Source of the DNA: an uncultured Alphaproteobacteria bacterium | GTDB taxonomy: Bacteria; Pseudomonadota; Alphaproteobacteria; RF32; CAG-239 | NCBI GenBank assembly: GCA_934273635.1 | Contig: CAKQSV010000001.1 | Coordinates: 85,393 to 149,392 of the forward strand | Direction of reading: 5' to 3' | DNA length: 64,000 nucleotides | Shown here: positions 37,241-46,399 of the stretch, piece after piece | How positions within the stretch are numbered: position 1 is the stretch's first letter | Layout of the letters: each line of letters begins with the position of its first letter | Position numbers and translations under genes: made by a program | The notes under the pieces: model-generated | What the model was told of the DNA's origin: nothing | Database searches by the model: none | What the model saw: the letters and a program-made list of their open reading frames with translations, nothing else

Positions 37241-40200
37241 ATGGCTGATATGAGCGATGCTGAAATGAACGAACTGTTTGAGCGTGAGTATTTGGGTAAT
37301 CCGGTTCTCAGAGCGCGCTATGACAGCTATAATGAAGAGCGAAAGGCAGAAACACGAAGAGCATGGATTGCAAGAAGAAGAGAGGGGATTGCCGAGGAAG
37401 ACGCTCGGGCTCAGGCGCAAGCTGATACCAATGCGCAAACCGAGCAAAATACCGACACCGCCACCCGTGAAGATATGCCGACCGGCGGTGACAATCAGGA
37501 AAATGTTGACAATGCTCCCGCACCGACCGAACAGCCGCGTGAAAATGCCGCCGAAACTCCGACAAGCAACTATAACTCCGATGAGTGGCAACAACTGCTC
37601 AGCGGCGAAAATACCGAGTTTTTAAGCACAGCACCTATGCAAAAAGGTATTGACCGTGAGGTGTTGCGCGGTATGAACAAACTGCCGCAGAACTTTGATT
37701 CTCTTGATTTTGAACATCAGCAATCCGCTATTAATACCGCTAAAGCCGACCTTAAACCCGAAGAAATTCAGCAGTTTAATGAAAAAGAAGTTGAGCTGAA
37801 AAAGGCTATCGCCGAACAATATCCGCCCAAACGTTTGGTTGACACCTCAAAACAGTTGGAAGAGGCCGAAAAGCACGTTCGTGACGACAATGTTAAGCAA
37901 TCTATGACCAACACCCGCGCCGCGATTATGGAGACAATGATCGGCAACATCAATCGTTTTGCCAACGGCGAGACGGTGGTTGACCAATCCAACATTGCCG
38001 ATGTTTATGACGGTTCAATGGAAATGTATCAGTACGTTGAGGAGAAAAACCCCAAAGACGAAGAGCTGAAACAAAAATTGGAAACCTGCCGCGGCAAAAT
38101 GAACGCCGAAATTGAAAAGTATGATGAGGCAAATGGTTTTCAAAGTCTTTCGCCTAAAGACGCGGCGGAAATTAATGCAACATATCTACGCGCACAAAAA
38201 CAGTGCAAAGATGATGAAAAATTCAACCCAATTAAAACAAAGAGCGATGATGGCAAACTTGTATCCACCGAAAGTTTGTGGTTAGCGTTTGAGTTTAGCG
38301 ATGAGGCTAAGCGTGAGGAGTTGATTGGCTCATTTAATGAAGCGGTCAAAGAAAAAGCCGCCAGAAGCGTTGCTGTTAGAAACAAAGGCGCCAAGGGTGA
38401 AAAGTTAGACGAAGCTCTTCAAGATGAGATTGACGTAGCGTTCAAAGAAGAATTTGAGCGTATGATTGTCACCAATGAGACGGCTAAATTTGCGGAGGCT
38501 GAAGCGCAAAAGCACCAGAAAGACCCGTCTTATGAGCCGCAACCTTATCCGGCTGACCGTGCCGGCGCCGATGTGCAAAATGCTGTTAACACAATTCTGT
38601 CCGGCACAAAATATAAGGTTGATAATAAAGCTGTTGTGACCGGTTTTGCTCATCACACCAATGAAGGTTTTGGTTACTTGAACCGCTTGGGATCTAAAAT
38701 CGGCAAAGAAACCAACGCCGTCGGGCACATGGCCGAAGGTCTCCGCAAGCTCGACAATACTTGCATTAAGCGTTTTGACCCGTATTACACTATTGCCAAA
38801 ACCCAAGCCAAAGCTATTAGAGGGAATATCGGTCGGCAGGCTCTTAATCAGCTTGCACGTTACGGCTCAAGTTTTATCCCCGGAGGCAATTTGCTTTACG
38901 CCGGTTATGTCGGCGGACAAGCGGCATGGCGTTTGGGCACAAAGTACAGACGTTTGAAAAAAGAAGCCAAAGCCAACAATCGGGCATTTAGCGGATGGAA
39001 GTTTTTGAAAGATCATGCCGGTGAAATTGCAACCAGCGCTGCGGCAACCGTTGCCGCAGGTTTGGGCGGCGGGATGGCCGCAGGCTTGCTTGGAAAAGCC
39101 TCGATGGCTATCGGCAGCGCCACCAACTTTATTAAAACTTTCAAAAGACAAAGAGAAAAAGGCGAGACCTGGAAAAAGTCTTTGGGTGTGGCGGCGTTTT
39201 CCGTTGCCTGCTCCGCCGCCTCGGCTATTGGCACAAGCTCGGCTTTGGGATATGGCATGCACGAAACCGGACTGGATGTTCAAGGTCATCATAACGAGAC
39301 GATAACCGATCATAACAGAATTGAAGAGTTGAAAAACACCGCTCCTGAAAAACTTGAGGAAATGGGTATTGTTCGCGAACATGGCGTTGACCCCAATGCT
39401 GAAGGCGCTTTCAAAGTATCTGACGGCAAAGCCGGTTTTGAAACGCGAGACTATTCTGCCGAGGAACTGAAATATGCCGAAATGCGCAATGACGGCGTTC
39501 GTTACAGCGAATATCTTGATAAACAATGGGTTCATCATGACTATCAAGACCCCAACTCATCAGACCCGTTGGCACACAGCGAAGATGCTCACCAAAACGC
39601 TATTCAGGCTCTGGACAAGCTTGCCGAAACTCACAAGGATATGAGCAGCTATGTTGACGGCAAGTTTGAATCAAACAGCGAAATGTTGCTCTATAAACTT
39701 TATCAAGCCAATGTCTTGGCGCCAAATCCCGATGCGGTTTCTGACAGTGGTCAGCCTATCGGCGAGGTTTTGAGTGCTACCGATAAAGACGGCAATGTCG
39801 TCAACTATCAAGATGTGTTCCAAAAAGCGTTGCGTGGTGAAGAGTTGACTGAAACCGATTATCAGGTTATTCATAAGGTTGAAGACCATGTCGGTGGTCA
39901 GTTAAGCGTGGATGAAAACGGCAACACCACGCTCAATGATGTGGGTAAAATTAAAGACTTTGACCACACCGGTGACGGCTCAAGACCCGTGGACTCTTAC
40001 AATAAAGATGCCGACCCCGGGTATGAGCCCAATCAACACCCCGCAGAAGACCCGATTTATGACCGTTTTGTTGAAAACAAGACTGACTATCGTGAGGTTT
40101 TGCCGTTTGTTGTGGTTCATGACAATCAGGGTGAAAATCGCTCGTTGGCTCAACGAATTGGCGCAAACCCGCATGACTTGGCGGAACAGGCTAAAAAACG

Positions 40201-41059
40201 CGTGAAAGACAAACAAAAAGACCAAGCGCCGACACCCGTTCCGGTTCCGGTTAAACAAGAAAATCAGGACAAAGTGCCGGTGGCAACTCCTGTCACAAAA
40301 CAGGAAGAAAAGTCCGGTTACGGCAAGTTGTTGGCTGATGAATACAAAATTATGTATGGTGTTGAACCGAAAGTTGTTGACAGCAAAGACCCGAGCGAAC
40401 ACCGCCAATATCAGCACTGGATTAATTATAACAACCGCGTTGATGAAGAGCGCAAAGCCAAATATCCCAATAACAACGTTGATATGTATGACTTTTTGAC
40501 GGAGCGCCGCCAAAAGCTCGACAAGACGATTGAGGACGCTAAAGCCGCTAAAATTAATGTGGCAGGCAGGTCGCTTGAGGGTTCGGAAGTGGCCAAAGAC
40601 TATGCCAAGCATCAGGATAATCCGGGGATGTCCGCCGTTATCTGCGGCGCCCGTGAAAGCCTGATGCAAAGCAATCTGACCTCGCAAAACTATAACAACA
40701 AGCTGACGCTCAGTCACTTTACGGAATATGTCGGACACTATGCGCAGTCGGATGAATTTGTGAGTGACGGCACGCGGGATATTCAGCAAAATCCGCAAAA
40801 GAATATGAAGCGTGATATTGTTGATGAAAAGACCAATCCGAACAAGTCTTATCTGGTTTTGGACTTGAACGACTATTATCTGGGCTCAAAAGACCGCAAG
40901 CCTTATGAGTGCTTTAACGTTGACCCGAAAAAGGCTGAGGGTCAGGGCGTTAAGACTGACCGTTGCACCGTGAAAGATGTTTTGAAAAAGATGAGATTTA
41001 TCAGCATGAAACATCCGAAAAATCCGTCTATGGTCCAAAAAGAGCAGAAGACGCTCTAA
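37241..41059 (+). CDS. large hydrophilic protein (1272 aa) of unknown function, with central glycine-zipper hydrophobic segments; candidate secreted effector or translocator
   Basis: No signal peptide. Residues ~545-660 (GSSFIPGGNLLYAGYVGGQAAW, IATSAAATVAAGLGGGMAAGLLGKASMAIGSATNF, LGVAAFSVACSAASAIGTSSALGYG) are flanked by charged coiled regions. Own promoter and terminator. Confidence 0.6.
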   Translation: MADMSDAEMNELFEREYLGNPVLRARYDSYNEERKAETRRAWIARRREGIAEEDARAQAQADTNAQTEQNTDTATREDMPTGGDNQENVDNAPAPTEQPRENAAETPTSNYNSDEWQQLLSGENTEFLSTAPMQKGIDREVLRGMNKLPQNFDSLDFEHQQSAINTAKADLKPEEIQQFNEKEVELKKAIAEQYPPKRLVDTSKQLEEAEKHVRDDNVKQSMTNTRAAIMETMIGNINRFANGETVVDQSNIADVYDGSMEMYQYVEEKNPKDEELKQKLETCRGKMNAEIEKYDEANGFQSLSPKDAAEINATYLRAQKQCKDDEKFNPIKTKSDDGKLVSTESLWLAFEFSDEAKREELIGSFNEAVKEKAARSVAVRNKGAKGEKLDEALQDEIDVAFKEEFERMIVTNETAKFAEAEAQKHQKDPSYEPQPYPADRAGADVQNAVNTILSGTKYKVDNKAVVTGFAHHTNEGFGYLNRLGSKIGKETNAVGHMAEGLRKLDNTCIKRFDPYYTIAKTQAKAIRGNIGRQALNQLARYGSSFIPGGNLLYAGYVGGQAAWRLGTKYRRLKKEAKANNRAFSGWKFLKDHAGEIATSAAATVAAGLGGGMAAGLLGKASMAIGSATNFIKTFKRQREKGETWKKSLGVAAFSVACSAASAIGTSSALGYGMHETGLDVQGHHNETITDHNRIEELKNTAPEKLEEMGIVREHGVDPNAEGAFKVSDGKAGFETRDYSAEELKYAEMRNDGVRYSEYLDKQWVHHDYQDPNSSDPLAHSEDAHQNAIQALDKLAETHKDMSSYVDGKFESNSEMLLYKLYQANVLAPNPDAVSDSGQPIGEVLSATDKDGNVVNYQDVFQKALRGEELTETDYQVIHKVEDHVGGQLSVDENGNTTLNDVGKIKDFDHTGDGSRPVDSYNKDADPGYEPNQHPAEDPIYDRFVENKTDYREVLPFVVVHDNQGENRSLAQRIGANPHDLAEQAKKRVKDKQKDQAPTPVPVPVKQENQDKVPVATPVTKQEEKSGYGKLLADEYKIMYGVEPKVVDSKDPSEHRQYQHWINYNNRVDEERKAKYPNNNVDMYDFLTERRQKLDKTIEDAKAAKINVAGRSLEGSEVAKDYAKHQDNPGMSAVICGARESLMQSNLTSQNYNNKLTLSHFTEYVGHYAQSDEFVSDGTRDIQQNPQKNMKRDIVDEKTNPNKSYLVLDLNDYYLGSKDRKPYECFNVDPKKAEGQGVKTDRCTVKDVLKKMRFISMKHPKNPSMVQKEQKTL

Positions 41060-41081
41060 GGCAAGGTCTTAAACAAACAAG

Positions 41082-41116
41082 AAATCCCGAAGATTTTTAC
41101 ATCTTCGGGATTTTTT
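41082..41116 (+). terminator. rho-independent terminator
   Basis: Stem aatcccgaagat / atcttcgggatt followed by TTTTTT. Confidence 0.75.
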
Positions 41117-41262
41117 AGAGATTAAAAACGGTTATTTGCCGTTAAGATTTACCATAGGAACGCTATTGCCAAACATATACTGCGGATTTATCGCTTGATA
41201 TTGCGCGAAAAATAGAATACTCTTATCTCCGTGGTTGTAACTCATTAACAAAAGGACGATTT

Positions 41263-42012
41263 ATGATGGCTATTAATATTATCATCACACTGGTTTTGCT
41301 GATTATTTTACTGGTTCTGCCGGGGTTTAGAATTGTTATGCAATATGAAAAAGGCATTGTCTTTACCCTCGGACGCTATTCCGACACCCGCGACGCCGGT
41401 TTGCGGTGGTTTATTCCTTATATTCAGACGATGGAAAAAATTGATATGCGTATTGAGACTGCCGATGTCCCCAAGCAAGAAGTTATGACCAAAGATAATA
41501 TTCCGGTCAACATCAACGCCGTGGTTTATTTTAAGGTCAAAAACCCCGAAAAAGCCGTTATTCAAATCAGCGATTATGTGTTCGCGGTGGTTCAACAGAG
41601 CCAATCGGCGCTCAAAGACGTTATCGGCACCAATGATTTGGACACCATTTTGTCTGAGCGTAAGCGCATTGGCGAAGAAATTAAAAACATTGTGGATATG
41701 ACAACCGACAAGTGGGGTATTGATATTGAGGCTATCAATATGCAAGAGATTGAGCTGCCGGAAGATATGAAACGCGCTATGGCTAAACAAGCCGAGGCCG
41801 AGCGTAATCGCCGCGCTATGATTATTGCCGCAACGGGAGAAGTCGAATCAGCCAAAAAGATGTTGGAGGCCGCCAGTACCTTAGAGAAAAGTCCGGTCAC
41901 CATGCAACTTAAAACTTTGCAGACAATTAAAGACATTTCTTCTTCACAAGCTCAGACAATTGTGTTGTTTCCGGCCGAAATAGCCAAACTGTTGGGCGAG
42001 AAAAAGAAATAA
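41263..42012 (+). CDS. SPFH/band-7 (stomatin-like) domain protein
   Basis: N-terminal TM helix plus an SPFH core (IVMQYEKGIVFTLGRY...DNIPVNINAVVYFKV). Confidence 0.8.
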   Translation: MMAINIIITLVLLIILLVLPGFRIVMQYEKGIVFTLGRYSDTRDAGLRWFIPYIQTMEKIDMRIETADVPKQEVMTKDNIPVNINAVVYFKVKNPEKAVIQISDYVFAVVQQSQSALKDVIGTNDLDTILSERKRIGEEIKNIVDMTTDKWGIDIEAINMQEIELPEDMKRAMAKQAEAERNRRAMIIAATGEVESAKKMLEAASTLEKSPVTMQLKTLQTIKDISSSQAQTIVLFPAEIAKLLGEKKK

Positions 42013-42167
42013 AGGTTTGAAACCTTAATTATTTTTCAATTTTTATATGACAGAATAAGCCTGTTGGACGGTGGTCTGAAATTTGTGTTTTGTTTTCGTT
42101 GACAAAAAGAACTTATCCTTATACCATACTCTGACGATTAATAGTAAAGAGGTAATGATTTTAACTG

Positions 42168-43508
42168 ATGACGCCGATATATATTTATGTAATGAACCTC
42201 GGGCTTGTTCTGTTTTTGGTTTTTGCAAACGCTTTTTTTGTTGTTTCTGAATTTTCTATTGTAAAAATACGTCGTACCAAACTTGAAGAGTTGGCTCATT
42301 TTGGCAATAAACGCGCCAAAATCGCTCTTAAGATTAACGACCATCTTAACACCTATCTCAGCGCTATCCAGTTGGGTATTACCATTGCCTCGCTTGGCTT
42401 GGGTTGGATTGGTGAACCGGCAGTCTCCAAACTTTTGGAGGCGTTGTTCGGCGCGTTTTTGACCGATAATCCGGTTTTGTTGCACTCGTTGAGCTTTGGT
42501 ATTGCCTTTTCGTTCATCACTTTGCTCCACGTGGTTTTGGGCGAATTGGTGCCAAAATCTTTGGCTATTCAGGCTACGGAACGTTATGTTTTGGCGGTAG
42601 CGCCGACTTTGTATGCCTTTAACCGTTTGTTTGCGCCGTTTATTTGGATTTTTGACCATGTTTCAATTTGGATTTTGAAACTGATGGGCACTAAAATGGC
42701 CAGTGAAAACGATGACGCGCACTCAGAAGAAGAAATTAAGATTATTATCGACGCCTCACAAAAAGGCGGCATTATTGACGAGACTGAAGGCGAAATTATT
42801 CAGAACGCTATCGACTTTTCGGAAATTTGCGCTCATGAGATTATGATTCCGAGACAGGATATTAAATGTTTGTATTTAAATTCGAGTTTTGAAGAGGCTT
42901 TGGATTTTATCAAACAGCACAATCACACCCGTTTTCCGCTATGCAATAAAGACCGCGACCATATTATCGGCATGATTCATATTCGCGACTTTTTGGAGCA
43001 CAGCAGCGAAAAAGACGAAAAAGATTTCTTAACTAAAATCTCACGCAAGATTTTGTTTGTGCCCGAAAATAAATCAATCTCGGATATTTTACACCAAATG
43101 ATGCTCAAACACACGCATTTGGCGATTGTGGTTGACGAATACGGCGGAACGGCCGGTATGCTCTCTATGGAAGATATTTTGGAAGAGTTGGTCGGTGATA
43201 TTTTAGACGAGCATGATGGCGCTCGCAGCGAGCCGGTGAAAAAAATTAATGACAAGGTTTGCGAGTTTGACGGCATTGTGTTGGTTGAAGACGCCTTTGA
43301 GTGTATGGGGCTGCCGGATGTTGAGCATGACGAGAGCACCATGGGCGGTTATGTGTTCGGGTTGTTGGGGCGCGAGCCTAAGGCCGGCGACAAGGCTGAG
43401 GACGAGTTCTGCACCTATGAGGTGATGAGCGTTGATAATATGCGCATTACTAAAATTAAGGTTCAACTTAAGGATCAGCCTTTAGAGGAGGTATCCGAGG
43501 AGGAATAA
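42168..43508 (+). CDS. CNNM/TlyC-family transporter (DUF21 + CBS pair + CorC_HlyC)
   Basis: N-terminal DUF21 TM domain, CBS pair, and a C-terminal transporter-associated domain. Confidence 0.8.
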   Translation: MTPIYIYVMNLGLVLFLVFANAFFVVSEFSIVKIRRTKLEELAHFGNKRAKIALKINDHLNTYLSAIQLGITIASLGLGWIGEPAVSKLLEALFGAFLTDNPVLLHSLSFGIAFSFITLLHVVLGELVPKSLAIQATERYVLAVAPTLYAFNRLFAPFIWIFDHVSIWILKLMGTKMASENDDAHSEEEIKIIIDASQKGGIIDETEGEIIQNAIDFSEICAHEIMIPRQDIKCLYLNSSFEEALDFIKQHNHTRFPLCNKDRDHIIGMIHIRDFLEHSSEKDEKDFLTKISRKILFVPENKSISDILHQMMLKHTHLAIVVDEYGGTAGMLSMEDILEELVGDILDEHDGARSEPVKKINDKVCEFDGIVLVEDAFECMGLPDVEHDESTMGGYVFGLLGREPKAGDKAEDEFCTYEVMSVDNMRITKIKVQLKDQPLEEVSEEE

Positions 43509-43936
43509 TGAAAAACTTTTGGCTTGTCGGTTCTTTTTGCGCCTTTGTCTTGAGTGCGGGCGTGGCGATTGCCGGTGATATTCGCTATGGTTATAATGCG
43601 CAAGGCGAATATGTGCCGGTGGAAATTGACGGCCAAAAGGTTTCTTACGGATACAATGCTCAGGGGCAATATGTGCCCACCGCCGTCGGTAATAACAAAA
43701 TATCTTACGGCTACAATGCCCAAGGGCAATATGCGCCCAAGTCTATCGGCAATGAAGACATCAACTACGGTTATAACGCTCAGGGCGATTACGCGGTTAA
43801 ATCCATCGGCGACAATGATGTTTCATACGGCTACAACGCTCAAGGACAATATGTGCCGACCCAAGTTGGCAACAACCGTATCGGTTATGGCTATAATGCC
43901 CAAGGGCAATATGTTCCCGTTAAAACCGGTTTTTAA
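43508..43936 (+). CDS. secreted tandem-repeat protein (6 x 21-aa YGYNAQGQYVPxxxGNNxIS repeats)
   Basis: Signal peptide MKNFWLVGSFCAFVLSAGVAIAG. Six 63-bp repeats. Its ATG overlaps the TAA of the upstream gene (TAATG) with GAGGAGGAA upstream. Confidence 0.6.
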   Translation: MKNFWLVGSFCAFVLSAGVAIAGDIRYGYNAQGEYVPVEIDGQKVSYGYNAQGQYVPTAVGNNKISYGYNAQGQYAPKSIGNEDINYGYNAQGDYAVKSIGDNDVSYGYNAQGQYVPTQVGNNRIGYGYNAQGQYVPVKTGF

Positions 43937-45966
43937 TCTATCTGCAAAATTTTTGACAATGACGCGTTTTGCAAAATGCGCGGGCTATACAGCAAATACA
44001 TTTCTTCGTCTTTGCTAAAGTCCGGCGTTTTGCCATAAGTTATATAGTTATCCAGCTTTATGGCGGCGTCTTGGCGCACTTCTTTGGCAAATTCGGGCGC
44101 AGGACCGTTGACCTCAAGCATAGAGGCGTGGAGCGCCTGCAAAGCGTTGTCATAAACAAGTCGTATAACGCCGCTATACTCCCTCGGCGAATCGAGCTTT
44201 TGCTCAAAATCAGCGGCTGTGGCGGCGATTGGCGGCAAGTTATTCTCCTCCGGAATCACAAACCACTTGTGTTTGAAGAACCACTGCCCGACTTTGGCCT
44301 GCGACGACCACACCGACAACGGAATTGAAAGCATTAAACCCGTCGTGACCGGCAAAATCCAATAAAACAGCTGCGGCACATATTGCCAAATGACAAACGT
44401 GGTCACAAAGCCCAAAACCATGTGCCCGAAGTGGCGATGAGCGGCCTCGCGCCACGAGGTGCTGCCGCCGCGGTTTTGGGTTTTCCACCCCGCGTCTTGT
44501 CCGGTGAAAATCTCCCACACAAAGCGGCTTTGAAAAACCATCATAATCGGCGCAATCAATGCCGAGAAAAAGATTTCGGCAAACAGGCTTTTTATCACTC
44601 CGAAAAAGCCGCCGATGTTTTTGAGCTTATTGTCTTTGATATAAATTATCGTGCCTAAAAACTTGGGGAATATCAGCATAAACATGGAAATGGCAAACAA
44701 AATAATCGTGCCCACCTTGTCAAATATCGGCCAAACCGGAAACAGGGTTTGCTCTTTTTCAAAATAAAGCGGCGGAAAATACTCGTGTCCGAGCGCCACC
44801 AACGTTCCCACAATCAAAAAGCTCAACCACAACGGCGATGACAGATAAGACATGATACCAATAATAAAATGGATGCGGCTGACGGGGTGCAAGTGTTTGG
44901 AAAACAAAATTTTAATATGCTGCATATTACCCTGACACCAACGGCGGTCGCGGATGGCAAAATCTATCATTGTCGGCGGGCATTCTTCATAACTGCCGCT
45001 CAACTCGGGCAACAGCCATGCTTGCCAACCGCCGCGGCGAATCAACGCCGCCTCAACAAAATCGTGACTCAAAATATGACCGCCGAAAGGTTTGCGCCCG
45101 TGCAACACCGGCAAGCCGCAACATTTGATAAACGCATTAACCCGAATAATGGCATTGTGTCCCCAATAGTTGCTGTCGCCAATTTGCCAATAAGCCAGAC
45201 CGGCGGAGACTATCGGACCATAAACTTTGCCGGCAAACTGTTGGATACGGGCAAACAATGAGTGACTGTTAATGCACTGCGGCGGCGCCTGAATAATTCC
45301 GGTTTGGGGGTTGACTTCCATCAGGCGGCTCATTTGCACAATGGTAGAGCCATTGAGCAGACTATCGGCGTCTAACACCACCATAAAGTCATACAACGCG
45401 CCCCATTTGTGGCAAAAATCTTCGATATTGCCGCTTTTGCGCGCCGTGTTTTGCGCCCGACGGCGATAATATAAATTAATTTCCGTCGGCAACAACCGTT
45501 TGGTGCGTGACCAAACGTCTTCTTCCTCTACCCAGCGTTTGGGGTCGGTCGTATCGCTCAAAACAAAAATATCATAATGTTTGCCCTGCCCTGTTTGGTG
45601 CAGACTTTGAGCGATTGCCGCCAGATTGGCAAAAACCTGAGCCGCGTTTTCGTTATAAACAGGCATTAACACCGCAGTTTTTGACTGCAAGTCGCCTTGT
45701 TTTTCAGGCCAAATAATCGACGGAACATTTTTGTGAAACAACAGCTCAAAAAAACCAAAGACAGACGACCAGAAAAACAGCGATATCCATCCCGAAGTCA
45801 GCAAAAACAAAACCGTCATCACAATTTGAGCCGCCAAATTGGCCTCACTGGGCATGGACACGACCCATTTTATCCCCAACAAAAAGGTGGTTAGAAAAGT
45901 CAGACCAAAAATTAAAAAACGACGGTAATAAATTTGGGTTGCGGAAATAGCTTTAGTCTTTGGCAA
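43933..45966 (-). CDS. opgH: glucans biosynthesis glucosyltransferase H
   Basis: Family-2 glycosyltransferase core (DADS...QxxRW-like RDRRWCQGN) with flanking TM domains, ~680 aa. Confidence 0.85.
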   Translation of the reverse strand: MPKTKAISATQIYYRRFLIFGLTFLTTFLLGIKWVVSMPSEANLAAQIVMTVLFLLTSGWISLFFWSSVFGFFELLFHKNVPSIIWPEKQGDLQSKTAVLMPVYNENAAQVFANLAAIAQSLHQTGQGKHYDIFVLSDTTDPKRWVEEEDVWSRTKRLLPTEINLYYRRRAQNTARKSGNIEDFCHKWGALYDFMVVLDADSLLNGSTIVQMSRLMEVNPQTGIIQAPPQCINSHSLFARIQQFAGKVYGPIVSAGLAYWQIGDSNYWGHNAIIRVNAFIKCCGLPVLHGRKPFGGHILSHDFVEAALIRRGGWQAWLLPELSGSYEECPPTMIDFAIRDRRWCQGNMQHIKILFSKHLHPVSRIHFIIGIMSYLSSPLWLSFLIVGTLVALGHEYFPPLYFEKEQTLFPVWPIFDKVGTIILFAISMFMLIFPKFLGTIIYIKDNKLKNIGGFFGVIKSLFAEIFFSALIAPIMMVFQSRFVWEIFTGQDAGWKTQNRGGSTSWREAAHRHFGHMVLGFVTTFVIWQYVPQLFYWILPVTTGLMLSIPLSVWSSQAKVGQWFFKHKWFVIPEENNLPPIAATAADFEQKLDSPREYSGVIRLVYDNALQALHASMLEVNGPAPEFAKEVRQDAAIKLDNYITYGKTPDFSKDEEMYLLYSPRILQNASLSKILQID

Positions 45967-45982
45967 TTTATTCTCCGTTCAG

Positions 45983-46399
45983 TTAAATGTGTTTATGAAA
46001 ACTCAAGGGTTCAATCGTTTGCACCGGAACATCCGACCAACAATAAGCGGGCGCGGACTCAAAACGCTCTTGACGCAGCTCGGCAAACAACTTTTGATTA
46101 TTAAAATCAGGCAAAAGGCTTTCCACGCCGTATTTTTGCGCCAAACCCAGCGTAATGAACAAATAGCGGAAAGCCGCGCTCAAGTGCTCGGAGGCGCTTT
46201 TTTGTCCTAAAAATTTGGCGGCGCAGCCTGAGATAATCTCATTGAGTTCGGCAACAACATCTTCGGCCTTGAGCAAAGAGGGATAAGCCTCGATGAATTT
46301 GCGACTATTCACATTGGTAGTAAAACCCAAACTCTGCAGATAGGCTTTGACAATATCTTCGGCATTTTGAATTTTTATCGCAACCATTGATAGCTCCAA
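45983..46399 (-). CDS. hypothetical protein (138 aa) between opgG and opgH
   Basis: Intact ORF. Overlaps the opgG 3' end by 25 nt. Confidence 0.4.
   Translation of the reverse strand: MELSMVAIKIQNAEDIVKAYLQSLGFTTNVNSRKFIEAYPSLLKAEDVVAELNEIISGCAAKFLGQKSASEHLSAAFRYLFITLGLAQKYGVESLLPDFNNQKLFAELRQERFESAPAYCWSDVPVQTIEPLSFHKHI

Noticed and set aside
39980-40798. 272-aa minus-strand ORF and several other internal ORFs (37278-37625, 38405-38806, 38867-39547)
   Set aside because: All are embedded in or antisense to the 1272-aa gene, with no ribosome-binding sites. Artefacts of the long, low-stop coding region.
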